Of a stretch of DNA of 33,623 nt, positions 15,582-24,326 are shown piece after piece. Below the pieces are notes generated by a model that saw only the letters and a list, made by a program, of their open reading frames with translations, did no database searches and was not told where the DNA came from. The translations under genes were made by a program, and so were the position numbers. Where the stretch lies: assembly GCA_043740495.1 (NCBI GenBank), contig JAYUCF010000057.1, positions 1-33,623 on the forward strand, read 5' to 3'. Positions within the stretch are counted from its first letter, which is position 1, and each line of letters starts with the position of its first letter. The stretch comes from a bacterium (GTDB lineage Bacteria > Patescibacteriota > Saccharimonadia > UBA4664).

Positions 15582-16685
15582 ATGGAACTAGATCCTGAGC
15601 GAGAAGCCGGACGTTTCAGGCATCCGGATGCAAACTCATATACGCATCAGCCCGCGATTGACAGTATTGGTGTGGGCGAAACGCTACCGCTGGGCGCCCC
15701 ACGCCGAGTGGGAAAGCCGGCTCGGCGCAAACGCGGCGGATGGCGGTGGGGCTTGTTGTTGGCGGGGTTATTCCTGGTTATGGTTCTGGTATATGCGGCA
15801 TATATAGTCACAATCGTTGTAAAAATATCTACGAATTCATTTCAAATTGGCCCGTTGGCGTCAGACGCAGGCGGGCGGACAAACGTCTTGATATTGGGAG
15901 TGGGCGATCCGGGGCACGCGGGTGAGAATCTGTCTGATACTATGATGATTTTGAGTCTGGATGGCCCGGATCACCGTTTGGCACAGATAAGTGTTCCCCG
16001 CGATCTGCGGGTAGCAATACCGGGATTTGGTTACAATAAAATTAATGCCGCTAACGCGTTCGGAGGAGTGGATCTGGCTAAACAGACGGTGAGCGATACG
16101 TTTGGCCTCCCGATAAACTACTATGTGAAGACAGATTTTAGCGGTCTCAAGGGTTTGGTGGACGCCGTGGGTGGAGTGGACGTAACGGTGAAAGTGCGGT
16201 TGGTCGACCGTGAATATCCGTGCGATGATAATCAATACAAAGTTTGCGGACTGGATATTGAGCCGGGACTTCAGCATATGGACGGCACCGCGGCGCTCCA
16301 ATATGTGCGCTGTCGTAAAGGGACTTGCGGTAATGACTTTGGTAGGGCAGCCAGGCAGCAAGAGTTGTTGGCGTTGCTTCGGCCGAAGCTGATGGATCCA
16401 TATTTGCTGCTGAGTCCGGTAAAGCTAAAACTTCTGGCTGACGCTACCGAAAAAGGCATCAAGACAGACCTGGGGTTGTTCCAACTCCTTGAGCTCGCCA
16501 ATAGCTGGCGAGTGAATTCGGCCAATAAGCCGGTGAACTTGGTGCTGTCGACGGGGAGGGGAGGATACCTGCGTTCGGACCCTTCCGGCTCCAGTGATTT
16601 ATTGCCAATCGGCGGAAATTTTTCGGCTATTTCAGATAAGATTAAGGCAGTATTTTCATCCGAGGGGATTACCCCGACGCTGTAG
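15582..16685 (+). CDS. LCP (LytR-CpsA-Psr) family cell-envelope phosphotransferase
   Basis: AAGGAG Shine-Dalgarno upstream. N-terminal TM, then NVLILGVGDPGHAGENLSDTMMILSLD...ISVPRDLRVAIPGFGYNKINAANAFGG, typical of LCP domains. Confidence 0.88.
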   Translation: MELDPEREAGRFRHPDANSYTHQPAIDSIGVGETLPLGAPRRVGKPARRKRGGWRWGLLLAGLFLVMVLVYAAYIVTIVVKISTNSFQIGPLASDAGGRTNVLILGVGDPGHAGENLSDTMMILSLDGPDHRLAQISVPRDLRVAIPGFGYNKINAANAFGGVDLAKQTVSDTFGLPINYYVKTDFSGLKGLVDAVGGVDVTVKVRLVDREYPCDDNQYKVCGLDIEPGLQHMDGTAALQYVRCRKGTCGNDFGRAARQQELLALLRPKLMDPYLLLSPVKLKLLADATEKGIKTDLGLFQLLELANSWRVNSANKPVNLVLSTGRGGYLRSDPSGSSDLLPIGGNFSAISDKIKAVFSSEGITPTL

Positions 16686-16750
16686 CGGTTGCCTCATAAT
16701 GACTGGGTTGACACCACCGGTAGCGGAGGGTAGTTTGGAATTAAAGAGAT

Positions 16751-16786
16751 GCGTCCCGAGGGTCGTTTGCACGAGCACCGGGACGC
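16751..16786 (+). terminator. Hairpin downstream of LCP gene (possible terminator)
   Basis: 8-bp stem GCGTCCCG(16751-16758)/CGGGACGC(16779-16786) with a 20-nt loop, followed by TTATTGATTT. The loop is large, so termination efficiency is uncertain. Confidence 0.35.
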
Positions 16787-16788
16787 TT

Positions 16789-16802
16789 ATTGATTTATCA
16801 AT
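16789..16802. promoter_or_regulatory. Inverted repeat ATTGAT-tt-ATCAAT upstream of the sugar-utilisation cluster (candidate operator)
   Basis: 6-2-6 inverted repeat about 77 nt upstream of trehalase ATG 16879. Confidence 0.3.
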
Positions 16803-16878
16803 CTGTCAGATGGGTATGCAGGCGGTTCGGGAAGATATACATTATTAAACATAAGCATCGCTTGGGACTATATGCATA

Positions 16879-18234
16879 ATGAGTACTCCAAATACACAAC
16901 CGGGGCCAGTATTTACGAAGGAACGTTTGCGGCCGTCTTTGGAATACATAGACGTGTACTGGAAGAAACTTGAACGCTATAATCCCCACGATGACGGGAC
17001 GTTGATCGGACTGCCCGAGCCGTACTTTATACCGAGTGCCCGCAACGATACAGGCTTTCAATATGAAGAGATGTACTACTGGGATAGCTACTTCATTGCC
17101 CAAGGTCTGGTAGGCACGCCCAGGGAGCACAGGGTAAGGGGGATGGTAGATAATCTTATTACGATGATGAGGCGATTTGCGGTAATCCCGAATGCGGGCA
17201 GGTTCTATATGACGAGCCGGTCGCAACCGCCGTTTTTGTCGAGTTTCATCATGGATGCTTATGATATAGATAAGGACAAGCGCTGGCTGGAGCAGGCGAT
17301 CACGGTGGCCAAGCACGAGTATCGGACCGTTTGGATGGGGACATCGCAGCCCAACTGGCGGCAGGTGTTTCATGGATTATCGAGGTTTTACGATATTAAC
17401 GTGCTCGACGATTTGGCTGAGGCTGAGAGCGGCTGGGATATGACTACCAGGTTCGAGCGCAAGGCACTGTCGTACTTGCCGGTGGACCTGAATGCATTGT
17501 TGTATAAGTATGAGCGTGATTTTGAAGAATCGGCCAAGATACTGGGCTACCTGGAAGAAGCCCATGAGTGGTCAAAGCGGGCGATGTCACGCAAGGCCAC
17601 GATGCAAAAGTATCTGTGGGATGACAATAAAGGTTTTTACTTTGACTACAACTACATGACTTCAAAGCTCAGCCCGGTATTTTCGTTGGCGGCGTTCTAT
17701 CCGATGTGGGCCGGCATGGATAGTCCTGCCACCGCTGCTAGGATTATGGAACATCTTCAAAGGTTCGAGAGCGATGGGGGCCTGGCGACGAGTGCCGAGA
17801 AGCCACAAATTAAGTCGGATATCCCAACTCAGTGGGCATATCCCAACGGTTGGGCGCCGCTGCAAATGATTGCAACTCAGGCTATGGAGCGATACGGGTA
17901 CCGCGAAGAGGCTGAACGGGTGGCCCGCAAATGGATTAATGCTAACTTGGTGCAATTTGAATCTACAGGTGAATTTTATGAGAAGTATAACGTGGTCAAA
18001 ATCGAAGAGGAGCCGGTGGAGGGTGTGTATCCGTCGCAGTCCGGATTCGGGTGGACCAATGCTGTGTTTTCGTACTTCTGCCAGAGGTATCTCGGCCCCG
18101 ATGAGCTGCCGTTGATCCAAAGCAGCGCGATAGTGGTATCGCCGCTCACGCAGCTGGTACGTGATCCGCGCAGAACACTCCGCAAAGTTGGAATCAAGCT
18201 CAATACAGCATTACCTAAGCGGCCTTTGTTGTAA
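16879..18234 (+). CDS. Trehalase (glycoside hydrolase family 37)
   Basis: 451 aa. GH37 signature regions are EEMYYWDSYFIAQGL, RSQPPFLSSFI and QWAYPNGWAPLQ. Confidence 0.9.
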   Translation: MSTPNTQPGPVFTKERLRPSLEYIDVYWKKLERYNPHDDGTLIGLPEPYFIPSARNDTGFQYEEMYYWDSYFIAQGLVGTPREHRVRGMVDNLITMMRRFAVIPNAGRFYMTSRSQPPFLSSFIMDAYDIDKDKRWLEQAITVAKHEYRTVWMGTSQPNWRQVFHGLSRFYDINVLDDLAEAESGWDMTTRFERKALSYLPVDLNALLYKYERDFEESAKILGYLEEAHEWSKRAMSRKATMQKYLWDDNKGFYFDYNYMTSKLSPVFSLAAFYPMWAGMDSPATAARIMEHLQRFESDGGLATSAEKPQIKSDIPTQWAYPNGWAPLQMIATQAMERYGYREEAERVARKWINANLVQFESTGEFYEKYNVVKIEEEPVEGVYPSQSGFGWTNAVFSYFCQRYLGPDELPLIQSSAIVVSPLTQLVRDPRRTLRKVGIKLNTALPKRPLL

Positions 18235-18266
18235 CATTTTCAGCAGTTTGTTTACTGGTTATGGTT

Positions 18267-18275
18267 TGATACAAT
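18267..18275 (+). promoter_or_regulatory. Extended -10 TGaTACAAT, 6 nt before ATG 18282 (leaderless configuration)
   Basis: TG at 18267-18268, TACAAT at 18270-18275. The track start ATG 18276 abuts the hexamer, so the second ATG at 18282 is the more likely start. Confidence 0.45.
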
Positions 18276-18281
18276 ATGATT

Positions 18282-19922
18282 ATGGAACCTGCACCAATAG
18301 ACTTGTGGTATCGTCGCGCTACACTCTATCACATATATCCTTTGAGCTTCGCGGATTCAAATGGCGATGGCTATGGCGATCTGCGCGGTATCATAGAGCA
18401 CCTCGATTATCTAAATGACGGTAAATCGGATTCGCTCGGTATTACGGCGGTTTGGCTGTCGCCGATATATTTATCGCCGATGGCGGATTGGGGTTACGAT
18501 GTGGCCGATCATATGGCGATTGATCCACGTTTTGGTACGATGGCGGATTTTGATGAGCTGCTGGATAAGCTTCATCAACGCGGTATTAAATTGCTGCTGG
18601 ACTTTGTGCCCAATCACACCTCGGAACTGCATAAATGGTTTATTGAATCGCGCACGAGCCAGGATAATCCGAAGCGGGATTGGTATATCTGGGCTGATCC
18701 GGGGAAGGATGGAGGATATCCGAATAACTGGGTGAGCATGTTTGGCGGGCCGGCTTGGAGTCTCGATAAGACAACGGGGCAGTATTATCTGCATACCTTT
18801 TTGCCCCAGCAACCGGACTTGAACTGGCGCAACCCGAAGGTTCGCGAAGCGATGTTTGACGTATTGAGGTTTTGGCTCAACAAGGGAGTGGATGGATTTC
18901 GCACCGATGCCGTGCAGGGGTTGATCAAAGACGATCATCTGCGCGACGACGCGCCAAATCCGAATTGGCGCCCGGGTGTGACAGATCCGGCTGATGAGTT
19001 CTTGCGCACCCATAGCTCGGGGCAAAATGAGCTAAGTGAGGTGATTGGATCTTTTTGTGACGTATTGGCCGAGAAAGAAAGCAAGTTTTTGCTGAGCGAG
19101 GCGTATTTGAATATTCCGGGACTGCATAAGATGTACGACGCTTGCGTGCGCCACCCGGTGCACGCGCCGTTTAATTTCAACCTGATGGGCTTGCCCTGGA
19201 GTGCGTCAGCTTACCGTGAGTTTATCGATTCTTATGAGGCGATGCTTGGGCCGGAAGATTGGCCAAATTATGTATTGGGCAATCATGATCGGCATCGCTT
19301 GGCCTCAAGATTGGGGGCGGACAGAGCCAGGCTGATGGCGGTGCTCGAGATGACATTGCGTGGACTGCCGGTAGTTTATTATGGCCAAGAACTCGGCCTC
19401 CCGGATACTCAAATCGGGCCGACCGAAGTACGTGACCCATGGGAACAGCGGGTGGCGGGGCACGGGTATGGCCGCGATCCCGAGCGCACCCCTATGCCCT
19501 GGAACGGTGAGACTGGCGGAGGTTTTACGCAGGTGACGCCTTGGCTGCCGCTTGGTTCGGCCTCGGCTAACCTAAATGTTGAGAGTCAGCGACGGGATCC
19601 GCTGTCATCGTTGAATTTATATCAACATTTAATACATTTGCGCGCGCACTCGCCAGCGTTGATTGAAGGTGATTATCGGTCAATCGATATTGGCAACGGC
19701 TACGTTTACGCGTATATTCGGGAAACGGAAAGGCAGAGGTTTTTGGTGGTTCTCAACTTTGATTTCAACCCGGCAATTGTGACTTTGCGGGGCCAAGTGG
19801 GAAATTGGGTGGCTGGAACTCACGTGGTCGAGGGAGATGGGAAGGCGTGTACTGCGGGAGAGTTGGAGCTGGCACCGTATGAGGGTAGGGTATATGAATT
19901 GATGCAAGGGGAGAGGTCATGA
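18282..19922 (+). CDS. GH13 alpha-glucosidase / oligo-1,6-glucosidase-like
   Basis: LYHIYPLSFADSNGDGYGDLRGI, DFVPNHTS, GVDGFRTDAV and VLGNHD are the conserved GH13 regions. The start could also be 18276. Confidence 0.9.
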   Translation: MEPAPIDLWYRRATLYHIYPLSFADSNGDGYGDLRGIIEHLDYLNDGKSDSLGITAVWLSPIYLSPMADWGYDVADHMAIDPRFGTMADFDELLDKLHQRGIKLLLDFVPNHTSELHKWFIESRTSQDNPKRDWYIWADPGKDGGYPNNWVSMFGGPAWSLDKTTGQYYLHTFLPQQPDLNWRNPKVREAMFDVLRFWLNKGVDGFRTDAVQGLIKDDHLRDDAPNPNWRPGVTDPADEFLRTHSSGQNELSEVIGSFCDVLAEKESKFLLSEAYLNIPGLHKMYDACVRHPVHAPFNFNLMGLPWSASAYREFIDSYEAMLGPEDWPNYVLGNHDRHRLASRLGADRARLMAVLEMTLRGLPVVYYGQELGLPDTQIGPTEVRDPWEQRVAGHGYGRDPERTPMPWNGETGGGFTQVTPWLPLGSASANLNVESQRRDPLSSLNLYQHLIHLRAHSPALIEGDYRSIDIGNGYVYAYIRETERQRFLVVLNFDFNPAIVTLRGQVGNWVAGTHVVEGDGKACTAGELELAPYEGRVYELMQGERS

Positions 19923-20731
19923 TATTGGTATTTGATTTGGGCGGAACCGAAATGAGGGTGGCTTTGGCGCAAAAGGGCGAAATCGGCGAGGTACTGCGTG
20001 TGCCTACCGACCGTAGTGCGGCTGGGTTTGGTAAGTTTTTGGGGGCGCTGCAAGAGGTGGCGAAGGGTCGCCAGATTATTGCCATTGCCGGTGGGTTTCC
20101 GGGCCAATTGCAGGGCGAAGATGGTGAGTTGGCGGTGGCAACCAATCTGCCGGATTGGCGAGGGCTGCCGTTGTTGCGTGAGCTGAAGCAATTATTTGAT
20201 CTGCCGGTCCATATCGCCAATGACGTTGAGTTGTGCGGGCTCGGCGAAGCCAGGTTTGGTGCCGGCATTACTGAAGGTGTGATGGCGTACTACACCGTGA
20301 GCACCGGGGTCAATGCGGTGCGGCTGGTGGACGGCGATATTGACCAGACGGTGAGCCGATATGAGCTCGGTAAACAGATTGTGGGCAATATTGGCGGTGA
20401 GCCTCAGGCCCTGGAGCCCCTGATTGGTGGGGCGGCCTTGGAGCAGCGCACCGGTAAATCACCTTATGATGTTCATGATGAGAGAATCTGGAGGGAATTT
20501 GAGCGGTCACTAGCTATTGGTATTTACAACACTGCCCTGTATTGGAACCCAGAGTTGGTTGTGATGGGCGGGAGTATGATGCGCGATATAAAGGTGGCGG
20601 GGGTAGCTGAGGCATTGCATAAGCTACCGAATGTATTTGAGCGCTGGCCGCGGCTAGAGGCGGCGCAGCTGGGTGATGAGGGGGGAGTGCGCGGGGCGAT
20701 GGTGTGGCTTGAGCAGCTTGGGTACGAATAG
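19919..20731 (+). CDS. ROK-family sugar kinase-like protein (putative glucokinase)
   Basis: 270 aa. N-terminal ATP-binding motif is MILVFDLGGTEMRVAL, with ANDVELCGLGE further on. Its ATGA overlaps the upstream stop. It is short and lacks an obvious Cys-rich zinc motif. Confidence 0.75.
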   Translation: MILVFDLGGTEMRVALAQKGEIGEVLRVPTDRSAAGFGKFLGALQEVAKGRQIIAIAGGFPGQLQGEDGELAVATNLPDWRGLPLLRELKQLFDLPVHIANDVELCGLGEARFGAGITEGVMAYYTVSTGVNAVRLVDGDIDQTVSRYELGKQIVGNIGGEPQALEPLIGGAALEQRTGKSPYDVHDERIWREFERSLAIGIYNTALYWNPELVVMGGSMMRDIKVAGVAEALHKLPNVFERWPRLEAAQLGDEGGVRGAMVWLEQLGYE

Positions 20732-20805
20732 AAGACTCAAAATGTACGATTTGAGCGCGGTTTGTGCTAGGATAGACATAAGAAGATTACCCAAAAACAA
20801 ACCTT

Positions 20806-22677
20806 ATGAAATGTTCTGTATGCCAAGCAATGTTATTACCCGTTGACGGGGAGATGTTTTGTTTGCAGTGCGGCCAGTCGGAGCATGTGGCACCGGCTAC
20901 CAATGGTGAGGAGCCCAAGTCCGAAGATACCACTGATCCGCTGCTGAAGCGGGCTTTGTTGGACGCTACGGACGGCGATATTGTGTTTAACGATACGGCG
21001 GGGGCGTTGGAATTGGTGCCGCCGGGGGCGGGAGCCGCACATAGGCCTGCGCCTGCGGGGGTTGCGGCCGTGGAAGGCGTGGCTCAAAAGAAGCCCGGGC
21101 ATACGTTTTTGTCACTGCGCGCGGTGATGGCGGCGCCGCGACCGTCGGCCACGAATGGCGCAATAGTGCTGCCAGCGGCCGTTCCAATGCCGCCGCCTGC
21201 CGCGATCCCTGATCCAGAGTCGGCGCGCAGTGCGCAAACGGCCGAGAGCGTCACACCCCGTGCTTCAACGGGCGCAAGGGTGGTGGACAAGGGTATGGCG
21301 AAGGCTTGGGGAATCGGGCTGGCTGGGCTCGGTTTGTTTATCGGTTTTAATTTGGCTGCGGGGGGATTTTATTCGAACCGAGTTTACCCGGGGGTGCGTG
21401 TCGATAATTTGGCAGTGGGAGGATGGACGTTCGATGAGCTCCATCAAAAATTGCAACAAACTTTGCCAAAGCCGGCTTTGTCGGCGGTGGTGGGCGCGGG
21501 GCACTATGAGCTTAATCTGAGTGATGCGGGGTATGCCGTCAGTGCTGATTTGGAACGCAATCTGCGCGAGTCGGGTCGCATGACGCCATTACCCTTGGCG
21601 GGTTTGATTGGATCGTGGTTTACTAAGCCCATTTCGCCGGCGTATGTGCTGGGAGACGACGCAGTGGACAGATCGGTGCAGCGATTGGCCGCGGCGGTTG
21701 AGAGAACCCCGAGTAATGCGGCGGCGATGATACACGGTACCGATGTTTTTGTGTTGGCTGATAAGCCCGGAGTACGGCTGGATAGGGCGGCGACCGCAGC
21801 GGCCATCAGGGCGGCGTACGGTCATGTGGCTACGGTAAGTATTAACCCGCTGCGCCTGCAACCCAGCGTGGGGGCGTCCGATTACGCCAATGACGCCACT
21901 CTAGCGCAGGCAATTATTACAACGACTATTCAGATTACGGTTAGAAAAGCTCATTATTCACCGACACCGGGCCAAATTGCGAGCTGGGTGGTGTTTCTCG
22001 GTCCCGGCAAAGGCGTAGTGGTGGATCCGGCGGGGGTTGCTGTGTTTGTTGCAACGATTCCGGGATCATTTGACCGTATCGGTACCGTCAATGGCGTGGT
22101 AGCGGTGCTAAATGCGCGTCAGGGGGCTATATTGTCGCCTTCGACCAAGAAGTCAACCCCGGGTCCAAATCCCGCTAGTATGGCAATGGTCGGGCCCGTG
22201 GCCAGCTATAGTTATTGCATTGATGAAACGGCCGTAGCGGTACCGGAGCTGGCTCAAACCGCGGCAGCGGTGCTAGGATCCGGCGGGAGCTGGACCTTGG
22301 GCGGTAAGTTGCGATTTGTGCAGGCCAAGACAGGCTGCAACTTTACGGTGAGGCTGGCCAACGCTTCGGCGCTGGCGGCGTTGAATTCGGCTTGTGAACA
22401 TCAGACGACCTGCCGGATCCATAATGATTTGGCTATCGCGACCGACAGTTGGTCGAAAGCTCCTTCGATCTGGGTGGGCGACACCACGGTGTATCGTTCG
22501 GAGTTGATAAATCACGTCGTGGGGCAGTGGTTGGGATTTGAACACCCAAGCTGCAGCGCGGCGGCCACGCTGGCGTCGGTACTCACAACGCCCAGCCTGA
22601 CAATCGGCGGTTGCTCCCCGAAGTGGTACGCGGTACCGGCGGAGCTGCAAGATACAAAGGTCATGCCCGGGTTTTAG
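20806..22677 (+). CDS. Zinc-ribbon / single-pass membrane protein with large extracytoplasmic domain ending in a degenerate metalloprotease-like motif
   Basis: 623 aa. N-terminus has CSVCQAMLLPVDGEMFCLQCGQ. An Ala/Pro-rich linker precedes TM WGIGLAGLGLFIGFNLAAGGF, then YPGVRVDNLAVGGWTFDELHQKL. Near the C-terminus is YRSELINHVVGQWLGFEHPSC (22510-22545 encodes NHVVGQWLGFEH). Confidence 0.6.
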   Translation: MKCSVCQAMLLPVDGEMFCLQCGQSEHVAPATNGEEPKSEDTTDPLLKRALLDATDGDIVFNDTAGALELVPPGAGAAHRPAPAGVAAVEGVAQKKPGHTFLSLRAVMAAPRPSATNGAIVLPAAVPMPPPAAIPDPESARSAQTAESVTPRASTGARVVDKGMAKAWGIGLAGLGLFIGFNLAAGGFYSNRVYPGVRVDNLAVGGWTFDELHQKLQQTLPKPALSAVVGAGHYELNLSDAGYAVSADLERNLRESGRMTPLPLAGLIGSWFTKPISPAYVLGDDAVDRSVQRLAAAVERTPSNAAAMIHGTDVFVLADKPGVRLDRAATAAAIRAAYGHVATVSINPLRLQPSVGASDYANDATLAQAIITTTIQITVRKAHYSPTPGQIASWVVFLGPGKGVVVDPAGVAVFVATIPGSFDRIGTVNGVVAVLNARQGAILSPSTKKSTPGPNPASMAMVGPVASYSYCIDETAVAVPELAQTAAAVLGSGGSWTLGGKLRFVQAKTGCNFTVRLANASALAALNSACEHQTTCRIHNDLAIATDSWSKAPSIWVGDTTVYRSELINHVVGQWLGFEHPSCSAAATLASVLTTPSLTIGGCSPKWYAVPAELQDTKVMPGF

Positions 22678-22695
22678 CAATCGACCGGGTTCGAA

Positions 22696-24270
22696 TTACT
22701 CGCCGACTTGGACGTAGATTTCTTCAAGCGGAGTGATACCCTGGAGGGCTTTGATGACCCCATCCTGAAGGATGGTCACCATGCCTTCTTTGATGGCGGC
22801 TTGTTCGATGGCAATCGAGGTAGTGGCGGTGCCTTTGGCGATGAGGGCCTCCATTTTGGGGGTAATTTCGAGTTGTTCGACAATGTTGATGCGTCCGTTG
22901 AAGCCGAAGTGGTGACAGGCTGGACAGCCAACGGGTTTGGCCAGCTTGAGACCGTTGAGTGACGGGTAGGCGGCCGCGGGCAGGCCTTCTAGGGCGGTCT
23001 TGATCTGCAGTAGCTCGGCTTTGGTGGCCAGGGTGTGGCTTTTGCAGACGTCGCAGAGCCGGCGGACGAGCCGCTGGGCCATTATCAGCTTCACCGATGA
23101 AGCCAGCAGTACATTTTCACCGATCATGTCCATGAGGCGAGAGATGGCGGCCGAGGCATTGGTGGCGTGGAAGGTCGATAGGACGAGGTGACCGGTGAGG
23201 GCGGCCTGGAGGGCGGTCTTGGCGGTATCAGCATCGCGAATCTCGCCGATCATAATGATGTTCGGATCCTCGCGCAGGACAGCGCGGAGCTTTGCCATAA
23301 ATAGCTCCTGATTGTCGGAACGCACGGGGACCTGTGATATGCCGTTGAGCTCATATTCAATAGGATCTTCAAGCGTGACAATCTTTATTTCAGGATTGTT
23401 GAGATGGTTCATGATTGAATACAACGTTGAGGTTTTACCTGATCCGGTGGGGCCGACTGCCATTACCATGCCTCGCGGATGGGCGACGCAGCGCAACAAA
23501 ACTTCCTGATGATGCTTAGATAGTTGTAAATTTTTCAACGTTAGGTACTTAATGCTGAGGTTAAATAACCGAATTACGACATCTTCGCCATGTAGGGAGG
23601 GGATAGTCTCTAGACGCATGTTGAGCTGGGTTTCGTCACCGTCATCGTTGATAATATTTAGGCTAATGCGGCCGCCTTGAGGGGCATCGCCGCCCCATTT
23701 CACGCCGGCGCGCATTTGGAGGTCGGAGGCAAATAAGTCGTAGCGGTCTTTGGGTAGGGTCGTGATGGGGTGGAGTGTACCGTCGATGCGGAAACGAATT
23801 CGGGCATCGTTTTCGGCCGGCTCAATGTGGATATCTGAGGCGCCCACTTGGTAGGCTAGCTGAGCGAGCGGCTCGAACATGAATTTTGGTTCAATATTGA
23901 GTAATTGCTGGTTGACGGAGCTAAAGTTGCCGGTGTCGAGGAGGTCGTTGTTGCTGGCGACGGACAAGCGGTTGAAGAGGCGATTCCAGCCAAACTGAGA
24001 GATAAAAGCGTACTGGACTTGGTAGCCGGTTAGGCGGTGGCGCAGGGACTCAAGCTGGGCACGGTCGGTCTCTTCGCTGGTACCGATGGTGAATTGATTG
24101 CCCTCGATCCGCAAGGGAACGATGCCGTAGGCTTCCATGCCCACGAGCGTGAGTTTGCCGATGAGCGGTTTGATGTCGATTTTGGGGCGAGTATCGAAAT
24201 AGGGCAGGCCGAGTTGCACGGCAAAACCTTCGGTTGCGGCTTCGATGTCGTCACGTTGAGCATTATCCAT
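22696..24270 (-). CDS. pilB: Type IV pilus assembly ATPase (GspE/PilB family secretion ATPase)
   Basis: 524 aa. Walker A is GPTGSGKTS. It has Asp/His boxes and the tetracysteine region CDVCK...[17 protein letters not shown]. There is also an N-terminal GSPII_E_N-like region. Confidence 0.9.
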   Translation of the reverse strand: MDNAQRDDIEAATEGFAVQLGLPYFDTRPKIDIKPLIGKLTLVGMEAYGIVPLRIEGNQFTIGTSEETDRAQLESLRHRLTGYQVQYAFISQFGWNRLFNRLSVASNNDLLDTGNFSSVNQQLLNIEPKFMFEPLAQLAYQVGASDIHIEPAENDARIRFRIDGTLHPITTLPKDRYDLFASDLQMRAGVKWGGDAPQGGRISLNIINDDGDETQLNMRLETIPSLHGEDVVIRLFNLSIKYLTLKNLQLSKHHQEVLLRCVAHPRGMVMAVGPTGSGKTSTLYSIMNHLNNPEIKIVTLEDPIEYELNGISQVPVRSDNQELFMAKLRAVLREDPNIIMIGEIRDADTAKTALQAALTGHLVLSTFHATNASAAISRLMDMIGENVLLASSVKLIMAQRLVRRLCDVCKSHTLATKAELLQIKTALEGLPAAAYPSLNGLKLAKPVGCPACHHFGFNGRINIVEQLEITPKMEALIAKGTATTSIAIEQAAIKEGMVTILQDGVIKALQGITPLEEIYVQVGE

Positions 24271-24326
24271 GCTTCTTATGTTATCTTTTGCTGCCCGATT
24301 CGTCTACTGGGAGAAACCCAGAATGA

